Below are positions 31,701 to 41,168 of a stretch of 64,000 bases of DNA, in pieces. The notes below the pieces were generated by a model, which saw only the letters and a list, made by a program, of their open reading frames with translations, was not told the origin of the DNA and did no database searches. Position numbers and translations under genes: made by a program. The first letter of the stretch is position 1. Each line of letters starts with the position of its first letter. The stretch comes from a virus. Location: positions 20,064-84,063 of the IMG/VR virus record IMGVR_UViG_3300017755_003154, one strand, 5' to 3'.

Positions 31701-34700
31701 TCTTAATTTTGTTTCAGTATGTTGAATAACGTCCCAAGTTTGGTCATTAGTTGCTACCCAGACATAATCGTTTCTGTTTATATCATCAATACTAAATCCT
31801 AGTATTCCATCTTTTGTCAATACTGCACGACTTACATCTTCACCAGTTACGTAACCTACTGTTTTAACATACTCTTCATTAGTATATTTTGTAGGTATTT
31901 TGTTTATATCATAATTTTCTGGTTTTAAGAATACATCATAATTTGGTATTCTATAAATTAAGTCTGTTGGTGCTGTAGGTAATGTTTCAACTAATTCAAT
32001 TGGCTGAGGACTAAGATTAAAATTAGATTCGTTTAATTGCCATTCAATTTCTTCAAAGTTTGTAGTAGCACCGTATTGATTATTTTTTACAGCCCACTCT
32101 TCATAAAAATCAACAGATTCTTTATCTGCACTTGCAAGAGCATCAAATAATTTATCAATACTATTTCGTGATCCTTTATCAGCAATAAATCCTTGATAAA
32201 ATTTATATTGTGATACATCATCGTTTATAATATTTTCTAAATATTGACGCTTTTGATAACCAGTTAAATGTTGAGCGAGTTTTTGTTGCTCAGTATCAAA
32301 GTTATCGCTATCAAGATCATAAAAATCTGTAAACTGATTTATTCTATAATCAAAGTTTGTGTATAATTTTGTTTCAGGACGTCCTTCTAACCTGTTCCAT
32401 TCAGCAGGTATAAATTTTTGAGTGCCTGCAATTTTATTTTTTGCGGCGTAGAAAAATTCCTTATAACGAATAGTATCGCCTATTGCATAATCTCTAAATG
32501 CTTCCCATTCTGTTACCTCTGCTTGATCAAAAACAAATCCTGGAATATTAAGTGTACCGTTCCAATTGGCAGTTCTATATCCCATAACTTTAACACGATC
32601 TTGCCTATATCCAGATGCAGGACTATAAATTACATCTTTAAAGTCTGAAGTATTATCAAGTATAGCAACATGCTCAACTTGCACAAGCGGAAGTTGTATG
32701 TAATATATACCGTCTGCTGTGTTTGCTAAATTAACAGCAAACGTATTTCCTTCTCTAGTAAGCCTTGTAAATGTTTCATCTAACGGTTTCCCTGCACTAT
32801 CTTGCATAGAATAATCATAAAAATTATCATACAAGTTATCAACAACTGAGTACGGTCTTGTAAACTTTATTTGATTAGCACTAGGGCTTAATGCAATAAT
32901 TGTGCCTGCCGCCCAGTTTTGTGTAGTCCAGAATAAAAATTCTTTTGCACTTAGTTTCCAATCTTCAACAGTAGAATTATCTTTATTGTAATAATCAAAA
33001 GCAAAGCCTGCTGTATCAAGTTGTTTTGCATATCCTAATAGGAAATCTACAACTTCTTGGATTTCAGTATATATTGTTCCGTAAGGAACTTCGGTAATTG
33101 TACTTTCAAAGTTTTTACGAAACAATGCTGTTGCCCCGCCTCTTACAGGTATGTCATTAATTTTTTGAAAATTCTTTGCTTCAAAACTAGCACCAGATGT
33201 ATGATCTACAATTACTCTATAAAACTTACTTAAATGTCTTACAAACTTATCTACAGTATATTTTTTATCTTCTTCCCACTCTACAAACGCATCAGATACT
33301 CCACCAACATTTACTGCAGGATCGTTAGTACGTGGAGACGCTTGTTGTATTTTAAATATTGGATTTGCTCTATCATATCCTCTTATAACAAATCCGTAAC
33401 TTTGTTTTTCTATAATTACACCACTATATGAAACTGTATCTACAGGTGAACTTGTGTTTAAAAATATTTTATAATTTTCTTTTGGTAAAAATACATTACC
33501 TTTGTTGAATGGTGTTCTACTATCTAAAACAAATTTCATTTTATTTTGATCTGTAAATGCACCTAATTTCATACCTAATTGGTATTTTAAACTTTTTACT
33601 TGTTCTTTATAATCGTTAGTTGAAATACTACTATTAGATAATGTGTAGTTAACAACATAATCAACTAATCCGCTTGTGAAAACTCTTGTTGTATCTCCGT
33701 AAACATTACTGAAAACTAAATCTGCTAGTGAAATACAACGCTTGTTTTCTGTATAAACAAGTTGTCCTGCAAGATTTCTGCTGATCCTTGATAAATCCCA
33801 ACCTAATGACATTACTTTAGCAGGTTGATTTAATAACCATGATTTAATTAAACTAAACGCATAATCACTGCTGGTTCTCCAAGCATTTTCTGTCGGAGCA
33901 TGATCGCCAAATTTGAAACCTAGTTTAGTATAAGAATTAATATATTCTTTGGCATACTTAGAATCTAATGGACTTAATAAATTTCCACTTTCGTCAACTG
34001 GTATGTGCTTTGTTAAGCCGGGTCTTACATATTTTTCTAGATATTTTGCTGACTTGTTTGGTTCGGCAACTTTTCCTTCTTCAAGATCTTGCCACAGTAT
34101 TAAGTTATTACTTGTGTAAGGAGCCGCACCGTAAACAGTATTCCACCATGTAGGTTTTTCTGCAAAGCCTAACATCTTCCAAGGAGTTGTATGTGGAGTA
34201 TCTGTATCATATGCATTTTTATATACAGAACGCCAAAACCCTGTTAGTGCTTCACCGTTTGGTCCTGACATATATGAATAGTTGTAAGTAAAACTATCAT
34301 TAAGTTCATAAAAATTATTTGAAGTATAATCTAATCCACCTAATGACTCATTCCATTTAACAAAGTCACTTAGTAGTATTTTATTAATGTTATCTATTTT
34401 AAATTTTGTATTTCTGTATGCTCCAGGAACATAATCATTAATATCTAATTTTAAAACATCGTAAGTTGCTTTAATATTATTATAAATTCTTCTTTCAAGG
34501 TCTAACAGTAATGCATCTCTATAATCATTAAATGCAATAGTTCTACTTCCGTCATGTCCAATAATAATATTAGTAGGTGTTCTGTAACTATCATCACTAA
34601 TAATTTCAGGCACATATGCAGGATATAGTCCTAATTTAGTTGGAGTGCTAGGCACATAGTTTCCGTCTGTGCTTTCGTACTCATATATTTCAATTAAGTC

Positions 34701-37565
34701 TCCGTCTGCTTTGGTTGCTGTAATTACAGCAAAACCATCACTATTAAAAGTATAATCTCTACCATATACTAACTGTGCTCCGTTCTGATAAATTGTTACG
34801 GCTTTATTGCTTAATTTAGTTTTATCAAAAGTTTGAGATAAACTAAAAAAATTATTTTCAGTATCATAAACTTTAAATTCTAAACGCTTATTTCCTGCAA
34901 ACGGAACCATGTCACTAAAATAAAACGGATCATTTGTAGTTTTATTTTTTAATGTTTCAGATAAAATTTTATCTACATGTTGTTTGACTGGTCCGTCATA
35001 ACCTAAGTTTTCTGCAACTTGTAGGAAAGTTCTTTTAAATGTTCTAAATTCATTTTTTGCAAAGTCTATTGCTTTAATTACATTTGCATTTTTTGTAGTA
35101 ATATGATATAAAGGATTATTAATAGGGCCTGCATGTTGTACAAACTTTTTACCTACAGTGTTAATATCTCCTAAACTTCCTAAGTTACTGTCTCCAGGAA
35201 ATATACCTTTAAAATCTTCTAAGTCTTCTATCATTGAAAACACATGATCATTAACTTCGCCTAAAGTAAATGTATTTAAATTTACATTATTAGGATTGTG
35301 TTCTAAATTAATTGGAAATTCATAATATCCGTTTTCATTTTTCTCAGTGCTAGAAGATGTTTTGAATATAACACTATCGCCTGCTGATAATTCATTTTCA
35401 AAAACTACTATTGCTTTGCCGTCTTGTCTTGAAATACTATAATCATAAAAATGTTTATTGTTTACAAATACACTACAAGTCAAATCATTAAGATCGCCGG
35501 CATTTTTGTAAACATCAATTTCTAATTGGCTTACAGGACCTTGTACATCATATTGTCTAATAACTTTTTGCTGTGATGAGTTTTTTGCTTTTTGCCAACC
35601 ATTTTTATATGTAAAGGAGTTTAAAGAAGTGTATGTTTTTAGAAATCCTGTATCAGTGTTTACACCTAACACACTTGTTAAATCTTGATATGTAAAACTT
35701 TCAGTAAGCAAATCAAAATTAAAAGTAATATCACCCACATTAGTTAAAGCACGGTATGTAACTACAAATCCTAGTTCTGGGTCTACTGTACCTGATGTGC
35801 CAATTTTGTAACTAAAAACTTTGTTACCTGCAAAAGTTGTTGTCTTATACGTTGTTTCATCTGCAAAACTTATACCATTGCTATCAAACATATCAAACAA
35901 AGGTGATTGATTTACTTTTGTTTTAAGTTGTCCTAATTTCCAACTAGTGCCATCATAGTAATAGTGCTTACCTGCATTACTAGTTCCTTTTTTAACTAAT
36001 ACAACTTCATTTGTTAACGGAGTTGCATCAGTATCTTCAATTAATGCAATTTGAGGGACTGTACTATTATGCGTAATAAACTTAACTTTATAAATTTTTC
36101 CTGTTGCTCTTATATCTTTTTCAGCAGTAAATAAAATTCGCATGCCATCTGTAACGTCAACATTGTCAATATTATATCCTACTGCGCCTTCAACAGTTGA
36201 AAATATATCTGTAGTCAGCGTATCAATTAAATCAATATCATTTTTCTTTTCTGTACCAAAATTGAATAGTTTTAATCCAGAAGTGAATTCTATAATTGGA
36301 CGCTTTGCTCTTTGTGATTGATCAATGCTTACTGACTGTCCATTTACTTCAGCACTTTTTTCGATTACTGATTTATGATACCATTTGTTATTTCTTGTCC
36401 AAGCATTTTTATCTGGGGAATCTCTATTTACAACAATATAATCTTTTGTAATACTATACGAGGCCGCATTACCAAAAGGTAAACTATCAAAGTTATCGTC
36501 GTCAAACGCAATGGGCTTATCATCTGCATACGATAATGCAATTACTAAGTCATCAGTATTAACTAATTTAATTTGTGTACCTACACCTTCTACAATCCAA
36601 CTTCCTGTAGCATACTTTTCAGGTGTTACTTGTCCAACAAAATTTAATTTCATGCCGTTAAGTAATTCTACACCTTTAGATGTTGTATACTTTTTTTGAC
36701 CTATTATTTCTGATTCAACATCAATAGCCGTTGCTTCGTCAACTTCTGCTATTCTGATAATACCACCTGAATTAATATTGTTACTGTTTTGATAATACAA
36801 TCTTGTAGGTGCGTTTAATGGAACTGTAAATGTTAATGTTCCACTTTCAATGTTTGCATTAGTAATACCTGTTTCATATATAGTGTCTGCATCTAAACTA
36901 CGCTCAGTACGAATTGTAAATGGCATATCTGTTGCACTAATATCAAATTTATACGTTTGTCCTTTGTATAATTCTATAGTAGGATTCTGTGTAAGGTCTC
37001 CGTTTATAACGTATGCTAAATTATTTCCGTTGTCAACACTTGTAATAGTGTATGTTCTTGTTACTTCTGTACTTTGTCCTGCAACATTAATTGGTACAGG
37101 GCCGTCTGGCATCCAATAATATTCTCTAAAGTTTGTAAGTTTATCCCAATCAATATTTGGGTTCCATGAATAATATTCTGAACCATTAAGTAAATCATGA
37201 TTATCAACATTACCGCCAAATGCTTTTATTTGATTAATATAATCATTGTAGTCTTTATAAAACGTTACATTGTCATATAAATCTTTGGAGATAACAGATG
37301 GTTCTAATTGGTATGCTTCTCTCGGAACAGAAATATCACCAATGTAATTGTCATTGTTTCTATAAGACTTAGCAGTTCTTCTGCCATAAAATCCATTTAA
37401 CTTTTGTGCAGTGCCTGGTTGTAAAACTTGATCCAGTGTTGCATCTAAAAATTTATTATTTTTTGTAGTGCGAAAATACTTTGGTAATAAACTATTAGAC
37501 TTAAAAGAAGGTTTCTTGCCATCTATTGGTAATGGACTTTCGTTTTGATTATCGTCATAAGCCAT
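22743..37565 (-). CDS. Giant (4940 aa) baseplate wedge / structural protein, gp7-like position
   Basis: Uninterrupted ORF directly downstream of gp6; FG-GAP-like propeller blades, CBM5/12-like W/F..Y..GD.V.Y modules and GSGY repeats. Confidence 0.7.
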   Translation of the reverse strand: MAYDDNQNESPLPIDGKKPSFKSNSLLPKYFRTTKNNKFLDATLDQVLQPGTAQKLNGFYGRRTAKSYRNNDNYIGDISVPREAYQLEPSVISKDLYDNVTFYKDYNDYINQIKAFGGNVDNHDLLNGSEYYSWNPNIDWDKLTNFREYYWMPDGPVPINVAGQSTEVTRTYTITSVDNGNNLAYVINGDLTQNPTIELYKGQTYKFDISATDMPFTIRTERSLDADTIYETGITNANIESGTLTFTVPLNAPTRLYYQNSNNINSGGIIRIAEVDEATAIDVESEIIGQKKYTTSKGVELLNGMKLNFVGQVTPEKYATGSWIVEGVGTQIKLVNTDDLVIALSYADDKPIAFDDDNFDSLPFGNAASYSITKDYIVVNRDSPDKNAWTRNNKWYHKSVIEKSAEVNGQSVSIDQSQRAKRPIIEFTSGLKLFNFGTEKKNDIDLIDTLTTDIFSTVEGAVGYNIDNVDVTDGMRILFTAEKDIRATGKIYKVKFITHNSTVPQIALIEDTDATPLTNEVVLVKKGTSNAGKHYYYDGTSWKLGQLKTKVNQSPLFDMFDSNGISFADETTYKTTTFAGNKVFSYKIGTSGTVDPELGFVVTYRALTNVGDITFNFDLLTESFTYQDLTSVLGVNTDTGFLKTYTSLNSFTYKNGWQKAKNSSQQKVIRQYDVQGPVSQLEIDVYKNAGDLNDLTCSVFVNNKHFYDYSISRQDGKAIVVFENELSAGDSVIFKTSSSTEKNENGYYEFPINLEHNPNNVNLNTFTLGEVNDHVFSMIEDLEDFKGIFPGDSNLGSLGDINTVGKKFVQHAGPINNPLYHITTKNANVIKAIDFAKNEFRTFKRTFLQVAENLGYDGPVKQHVDKILSETLKNKTTNDPFYFSDMVPFAGNKRLEFKVYDTENNFFSLSQTFDKTKLSNKAVTIYQNGAQLVYGRDYTFNSDGFAVITATKADGDLIEIYEYESTDGNYVPSTPTKLGLYPAYVPEIISDDSYRTPTNIIIGHDGSRTIAFNDYRDALLLDLERRIYNNIKATYDVLKLDINDYVPGAYRNTKFKIDNINKILLSDFVKWNESLGGLDYTSNNFYELNDSFTYNYSYMSGPNGEALTGFWRSVYKNAYDTDTPHTTPWKMLGFAEKPTWWNTVYGAAPYTSNNLILWQDLEEGKVAEPNKSAKYLEKYVRPGLTKHIPVDESGNLLSPLDSKYAKEYINSYTKLGFKFGDHAPTENAWRTSSDYAFSLIKSWLLNQPAKVMSLGWDLSRISRNLAGQLVYTENKRCISLADLVFSNVYGDTTRVFTSGLVDYVVNYTLSNSSISTNDYKEQVKSLKYQLGMKLGAFTDQNKMKFVLDSRTPFNKGNVFLPKENYKIFLNTSSPVDTVSYSGVIIEKQSYGFVIRGYDRANPIFKIQQASPRTNDPAVNVGGVSDAFVEWEEDKKYTVDKFVRHLSKFYRVIVDHTSGASFEAKNFQKINDIPVRGGATALFRKNFESTITEVPYGTIYTEIQEVVDFLLGYAKQLDTAGFAFDYYNKDNSTVEDWKLSAKEFLFWTTQNWAAGTIIALSPSANQIKFTRPYSVVDNLYDNFYDYSMQDSAGKPLDETFTRLTREGNTFAVNLANTADGIYYIQLPLVQVEHVAILDNTSDFKDVIYSPASGYRQDRVKVMGYRTANWNGTLNIPGFVFDQAEVTEWEAFRDYAIGDTIRYKEFFYAAKNKIAGTQKFIPAEWNRLEGRPETKLYTNFDYRINQFTDFYDLDSDNFDTEQQKLAQHLTGYQKRQYLENIINDDVSQYKFYQGFIADKGSRNSIDKLFDALASADKESVDFYEEWAVKNNQYGATTNFEEIEWQLNESNFNLSPQPIELVETLPTAPTDLIYRIPNYDVFLKPENYDINKIPTKYTNEEYVKTVGYVTGEDVSRAVLTKDGILGFSIDDINRNDYVWVATNDQTWDVIQHTETKLRIETVTPVGSEITLGLNFTARDIAVGDIFGITNANTASLTTLDGFYKATKVIGNDVTFETENQDWQEIDETIDISGTITIFTTQRTASIKDANKNVTANLGTNELIWIDNDDNNKWTVLKNAPVYSEHQKVLSTLQLDSTQHGFGHSISVNDGNTKMAVGIPFKGNGEVHIYVRPNDSTNFVLDQIISAPTNVADAYDGSTPTTSMQFGESVALSPDGKFLVVGSPQASNTYGFYKGEFQQGTSYTKGQIIKYGPNLYKAVQNIDPATGAISFSSFDSYVDIVSQSDSTFINLLQTGNYKINDSPVAHMLIRAPLNAYEGSTAGDDIVLKWNNFSKLNIQGASTDVQPFDGEFPAITGAFLSDRHNIEYKVDNVLVIENFVNLPQVGDTLSSTIASGQVVYVANDLTTCTVYLSDVNGTFDQSGSVFVGTIRIGDYTEDYTNLTSGLGGYWFINTPTYTTSADSTNIFVDPGHGLIYQDLLTTASGRSTPNFYHNITDARQLAVQDANNSGSTLSLMDQASFAQTLTYEGDPLEVFALQESPLWVVRGNKPFTDTLSIGSKFNMTVDSVSGNTNFTDTVMSKALFDKEHTVYDLWDGYIDFTFDEFDQANQLPFEPIVGDTVKDTVTGATAEITFYKRQFNTVRIYVKNITGTWSKGNTYNQDADIFRSRGAIDRRMGRIDAVSLEGTRIGKIIVMEEDTNFPDATISQLDDFEYWFYNEITLAGIPRDPNIPASNNNDWQLVTNIPVSNANGTFTSGLQLEGMFSAYQLNEKIQFDVVDHFTVPERKANAKLGDEIQINQDGALYRILVASKGNGTQSNAGSIHFIKHGSETKNGVASTYEWQLDIDPEFRGLFSSQVFYKEGEIVNNGSLLYKAKRNIASGSAFIADDWESVTDGTAHVGFIPTDGTNRLIGEDVFDPEYGVRDFARKFDQSKDGEVLVVSSRIQGNDSTGERVIVVYRRLPEGQMTVSQTIKPPYEDLSTGSFTGFGDSISISDDGEMLAIGEPYNDDKKKDQGKVYVYTLVDGSFTLTQEVFSPNGEQAEQFGAYLNFDGNQLAVTSLNGDIELPTTFDNNTTIFDDEFTNFKSTDMDSGVVFMYERINQSLLFAQEFVIDEPLAVNFGKNLLMKTNHVYSAIPEVTDLTTFQGMIIDFRKTLGAKAWKTHRSPIDQVDIAKIKGAFLYNTQTNTLIEDLDYIDPVQGKIAGPAEQELSYKTYYDPAAYSLGNDTVVIDEDNAWGAEHAGQLWWDISAVKFYNYQQNSVTYQTNFWGEVFPGTSVEVYEWVETDLLPSEWDALADSENGIASGVSGLSRYGDGVYSQRLKWDPISNTSVAKYYYWVANKRVVPTTANRKITAYDVKRLIEDPVGQGHRFVGLMAKDRYVLFNCEPLLSGNNVAFNLRYYTLDNIDQNIHNEYQMLTQGIGSSKPTRDIERKWFDSLIGYDSQFRLVPDPKLSAKAKYGISNNPRQAMFLNKSEAFKEVIERVNDVLIKNIIVDEFNISDLTKSDPAPFASSREYDIKIDTYEDLAFVGIAKRVTALLTPTVVDGKITSVAIPNSGKGYVDPTYDSTVGGTRLGPKITVTGIGRDAVLESEINELGQIIKINIVDPGIGYDENTTLSVRNFSVLVASDSNVANKWSLYNYTGTRWNRTVSQRFDTNLYWNYADWYAAGYSEFTEIDSLIDFSYQLSALENNIGETVKISSIGSGGWLLLEKIANLQTEDYTQNYKVIGKQNATIQFSPKLYNTSLNKTGFDTDTFDTTFYDNQPVTESRVVLETLRDHILVDNLEVHYNELFLASIRYAFSEQPNIDWAFKTSFIKAQHNVGDLMQKVTFKNDNIDNYQDYINEVKPFKTKIREYVSSYEKTDPTNSIIADFDLPPRYSFSKKKILSSNAKVSNNTITSVSNSTSVYPDKHWLENSGYQIKEISVGNSGSNYTLPPIVSIEGGGGTGATAKAFLNNGKVNKIEVTNPGSGYLKSPDVILNGSVEDGGTKCTARAVLGNGKVRGTHIISRFDRVSGNPYYLEVARSETFTGDNVTAVYNLSWPMNLNGAKVKIYINGVELLKSEYSYLNYVDSTKSYDRKRGRIIFDTPPLMTKTIKVDYELAPDLLTAQDRVQSYYKPIDGMIGKDISQLMMGVDFGGVEVKSFDFSQAGGFETKGFGVEAYDIYDSTFEDIIFYLDGSTAELTWTTPLEDGVVYNVYKNNVRLDDANYPSNPTNPNAVMTSITGDGVLTSINIQNFGITTKDDDIFVIRKTTSDGSFQPDPASYDTELTGGALSYSNAKGIDASDIIVDGDGFITPMTTTGPEELVPGKISDTVDIKVFHRPDDGTSNVQTQFFQTDGVTQTYNTGIHPHNSEAVFVSIDNVRVANTDYTINYVNDSITFTTAPTAGKVLSIVTMGVSGQKILDINKFVADGSTNTYTTNLKYQTGVSHYVTINGVVINSTLSEDANKNFVITFDTAPQAGQLVDYGLFYTTAKNFSATNVQTLIGDGSTTIFDVNPALVGGLPTAQNAIVELNNNILDAGYNVDFTITNASTREYQIQEWQFLTNSVRGEDIEVYLNDELLVKNVQYRWDSSNNSVVLSAGIGGVGDKLDVFFSIDGQYAFGYVGVGADSSTKFLQDRSKIYFDTAPTLGETVRITSFSNHDIQDFERIKYNLVSRVTLVPGTTNFKEYINLSNGLVELRNKSQDSEYVWVIINGVRLAPNVDYYLEEDKLHVKILKKLSANDKVEIIQFGEEQLTHRFGYRQFKDILNRVHYKRLDDANKYKLAQDLNWWDTRIELVDASDLPEPGKKKQIPGVVFINGERIEYYVKQGNSLRQIRRGTLGTGVNTLIASGTEVRDQSPGENAPYTDQTLTQVFTADGTTASFELDFTPTQGVNEFEVFVAGRRLRKNAISSYQVDTKDSAGNFVTRFIAQDSAEGDVTLPVEFTLSGSTLGLAVTPEQDQKVTVVRRIGQTWTKAGESLVDAENDVAQFLKARTTELPK

Positions 37566-40500
37566 TAGTAACCATATCCTCCGCCACTGTTGCCGCCGCC
37601 GCTGTTGCCGCCGCCACTGCTACTGCTTGAACTACTGCTTGAACTTGTACTACTTGACATAGCACCTGTAGAACTTATAGAACCTGCTTCAGATGCAGAA
37701 CTAACAACACCTGTATTAATTGTTTCTTGACTTGATGTAATAACATTTCCAGTTGCTCTTAATCTACTTGCTGTAATAGCATCTATAATTTCAACATTTT
37801 CTACTGTTGCTGAACTAATAAAAATTTCGTTTGATTCTGATTTAATTTCGTATAAACTACCAAATGATTGACTTTGCTCATTAGGTACAATTACAATACT
37901 AACAATGTCCGGAGTCATTTGATTCATAATATAAGTTGATAATTCACTAAAGTAAAAACTTTCACCAAATTCCCAATTATCTAAATTAAAGTAAACATTG
38001 ATTGCTTCAATTATTCTTGACTTAATATCGTTATTATTTGTAACTACATCTGGATTAGTAACTACTTTAAATGTTGCTTGCAAACTAGTCTCCGCTGATG
38101 AACCAAACAATGGTTTATATTTTACTGGGTGATAAATTATTTCATCACTTATTGATTTAATCTTTTCTAATTCTGTGCCGTAAGTACGATACATTTCATC
38201 ACTGCTTGGTGGTAATGGTTCTGTAAGTCTATCGCCTGCTAAGAATTGTCTATAAGCAATATCATATGTACGTGTTAATAGATAAGAATCCATAATGTTA
38301 CTTGCGGCTGGGTCAATTCTTTGATTATAATCTGCACTATGCAAGTATCTAAATTTTAATCCAGAACGTCCTATATAACCTCTATACTCTTTAGTAATTT
38401 CTATGTTTTTCTTTGTACTGTCTAATTTATAAAATAATTCAGTATCCATTGTGAAGAAAACTTGTCCTGCTGTATACTGTGAATACGCACCAATAGCACC
38501 GGAGTTTGCTTTTACTTTAATTCCTTCAATATTATTATTAACGTACCTATAGTCCTCGACACCGTCACTTGTAGTATATTTCTTTTGGAAAATATATTTT
38601 GATTCAGGATTAACAGTTTCAGCAACAATGTCAATAAATCCTTGCGGATTATCAATAACACCATCATCGTCGGCATCAAAGAAACTTACTTCAATACGTT
38701 TACTATCAACATATCCTTCTGCATCTCTATATTCTTTTACAACTTCCCAATCGTAACTAACGTTAAATGGATTAGATACATCTGGTTTATTGTTGATATT
38801 TAAAACTTCAATTTTGTCTTTAATAATTTTACCAGTTTTGTTATCATAGATTTTATCTGTGCTATCATAGTAAAATTTAATTTCTTGATCACTCTCAAAA
38901 ACGTATCTCATCGTTCTGTATGTAATATCGTAACGCTCGCCATCTGTTTTAAAATACATGATCCAACTTGCATCTAAGTTTTGATTACTCGAGTCTCCAG
39001 TTTTACCTGTACTAAAATTACTTACACTATCAATGTTTGCTTCAGTAATGATTCTCCATTGGCGTGTTTCAACATCATAACGTAAACCGAAAGTATTTGT
39101 TGCAAACGCTTGATCAACTACTTGTGTTTTTACAGCATCTGTAATTATATTTGCTAATTTTGGTCTTATTTCTTGTAGTACTGCTCCAGTAGGAACATTA
39201 TCATTTAGTACAATTGGTCCTAGTCCTGTTGAACCTACTACTGTACCGTCACCGCTAACACTAATAACTTTGGTCCAAATATAATCAATTGCATTAGGAT
39301 GATCTGAAGAACCTGCCATTAATCCGTGTTCATTATTTTTCATAAAATGAAAACCTGTTGGTGCAACAAATTTTAAAAGTGTGCCTGCTTCAACAAATCT
39401 TAAATTGTTTGCTGTAAATGTACCAACTTTAAATGTTACTCCTACACCAGCACCAGCAGTTTCAGGTTGGGTTTTACTTATTAATCCTGTACTTCTATTA
39501 GTATCTTGTGTAGAACTTGTCCATTCAACCCCTAAATCTGATGCAAGAATTTTAGTAAAGTTTTCTAGATAGTAATTATATACTTTTTTATCACGTATAA
39601 TAGGTTCTACTGTATTTGTAATTGCTTGTTCAATATCAGTTGTAGTTACAAAATTAAAACTTGTTTTTAAATTTTTTGTTTCTTTATAAATTATACCGTC
39701 ATTGCCAAATAAATTTGTACTTGAATATTTTCCTGTTGAATCAATTAAATCAAAGTATCTACTAATGCCGCTTGCATTTCTATTAACAGTTTTTACTTTT
39801 ACAATTTCTTGACTTACTCCTAATGGAGCAACATTATAATCTTCAGCAGTTACCATTCTATTTTGTGTATAGAATGTTGATGGAGCATTTGCTTTTATAC
39901 TTTCGTTACTTTCACTTAAACTACTGTTTGAAATTGTATATTTTAATTGTAGTGTTAAATTAAGTGTTTCAGGTACACCAAATTCACTTAGATAAGGAAT
40001 AGCAATTTGTATACCTGTCATTTCACTTGGTTTAATTGTATAACGTTTATTTGCACTTGTACGATATACTACTTTAAATCTGCCTTGTGGTAAATTTCCA
40101 AATACACCGTCACTAAAAATTAAACTAATTCTATCTTGTACTCTTGTTAAAACAGAATATAAGTTTCTAATACTTTTATTAACACTATTGTAAATTACAT
40201 TGTTGCCTTCAACTGAATTTACTTTTGTCCAAAATTCATTTTCACGTCCTTGTTCATCTAATTTAAATAACCAAACATCTTTATCGTTAATATCAGTTGC
40301 ATCAATATCAACTTTTTGATTTGAACTAGGATTGTTAACACTAAATTGACCATCATCTAAAGAACCTTGTTTAAATGTTGCAAAAAATCCTGTGTTTGTA
40401 CTTGCAGGACCTTGTCCATCGTTTTTATATAGGCATGCAAAACTGTTACCAACTAGTGGAATTTCTTCTTCAAGTGCATTCTCAACAATGTCAGTACTTA

Positions 40501-41143
40501 CAACTTCAAACGGTAAACTTTGTCCTTCAATAGTTTTTGAAAATGAATATTTAGGAATATCAGTATTGATACCATTAAATCTATATTGTTCATGTGGTAT
40601 ACCATTTACTGTTGCTTTTTTAGTAGGCTTACCAAAAACTCCGTTTGCCGGTAAAGCGGCATTCATTACTTTAATAAATTGTTCATACCAATTAGAGTTG
40701 CTAGGATCGTTCCAAGTAATTTGTTGTCCTGATAAATTAAAACTGTTAGAATCAACAACATCTTGTGATGTAGATACTGATGTAATTTTTAGTAATCCCT
40801 CAGCGGCTTGATTACGCTTTGGATTATAAGAAAGCAAACGTGCTAAACGTAATACGCTTTCTCTACGTTCTGCTAATTCAAGAAAGTTTTCACGTGCATT
40901 AAGGTCTATACGGAATGAAATATTTTGACCTAAAAATGCAATAAGATCTATTAGTGCTAGGTATTCACTAGATTCAATATAATCATTAAAATCCTCAGGA
41001 TAATTAGTCCTTAGGTAGTTGATCATAGTTCTACGTAAATTATCAAAATCGTAACTTTGGAAATCAGCATTACGATAAGATTGGTATATACGCTTCCAAT
41101 CTTCTGCAACTAGCAGTCTATTTTGTCTGTCTGTGGATGACAT
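37565..41143 (-). CDS. gp6: Baseplate wedge subunit gp6
   Basis: SYDFDNLRRTMINYLR..EDFNDYIESS..LIDLIAF..ARENFLELAERRESVLRLARLLSYNPKR; ESNESIKANAP..QNRMVTAEDY. Confidence 0.85.
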   Translation of the reverse strand: MSSTDRQNRLLVAEDWKRIYQSYRNADFQSYDFDNLRRTMINYLRTNYPEDFNDYIESSEYLALIDLIAFLGQNISFRIDLNARENFLELAERRESVLRLARLLSYNPKRNQAAEGLLKITSVSTSQDVVDSNSFNLSGQQITWNDPSNSNWYEQFIKVMNAALPANGVFGKPTKKATVNGIPHEQYRFNGINTDIPKYSFSKTIEGQSLPFEVVSTDIVENALEEEIPLVGNSFACLYKNDGQGPASTNTGFFATFKQGSLDDGQFSVNNPSSNQKVDIDATDINDKDVWLFKLDEQGRENEFWTKVNSVEGNNVIYNSVNKSIRNLYSVLTRVQDRISLIFSDGVFGNLPQGRFKVVYRTSANKRYTIKPSEMTGIQIAIPYLSEFGVPETLNLTLQLKYTISNSSLSESNESIKANAPSTFYTQNRMVTAEDYNVAPLGVSQEIVKVKTVNRNASGISRYFDLIDSTGKYSSTNLFGNDGIIYKETKNLKTSFNFVTTTDIEQAITNTVEPIIRDKKVYNYYLENFTKILASDLGVEWTSSTQDTNRSTGLISKTQPETAGAGVGVTFKVGTFTANNLRFVEAGTLLKFVAPTGFHFMKNNEHGLMAGSSDHPNAIDYIWTKVISVSGDGTVVGSTGLGPIVLNDNVPTGAVLQEIRPKLANIITDAVKTQVVDQAFATNTFGLRYDVETRQWRIITEANIDSVSNFSTGKTGDSSNQNLDASWIMYFKTDGERYDITYRTMRYVFESDQEIKFYYDSTDKIYDNKTGKIIKDKIEVLNINNKPDVSNPFNVSYDWEVVKEYRDAEGYVDSKRIEVSFFDADDDGVIDNPQGFIDIVAETVNPESKYIFQKKYTTSDGVEDYRYVNNNIEGIKVKANSGAIGAYSQYTAGQVFFTMDTELFYKLDSTKKNIEITKEYRGYIGRSGLKFRYLHSADYNQRIDPAASNIMDSYLLTRTYDIAYRQFLAGDRLTEPLPPSSDEMYRTYGTELEKIKSISDEIIYHPVKYKPLFGSSAETSLQATFKVVTNPDVVTNNNDIKSRIIEAINVYFNLDNWEFGESFYFSELSTYIMNQMTPDIVSIVIVPNEQSQSFGSLYEIKSESNEIFISSATVENVEIIDAITASRLRATGNVITSSQETINTGVVSSASEAGSISSTGAMSSSTSSSSSSSSSSGGGNSGGGNSGGGYGY

Positions 41144-41168
41144 ATCACATTCCTTATTTGTTCATATG

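Noticed and set aside
37566-37660. Ser/Gly low-complexity repeats at the gp6 C-terminus
   Set aside because: A simple low-complexity tail (SSSS/GGGNS) with no evidence of a separate element.
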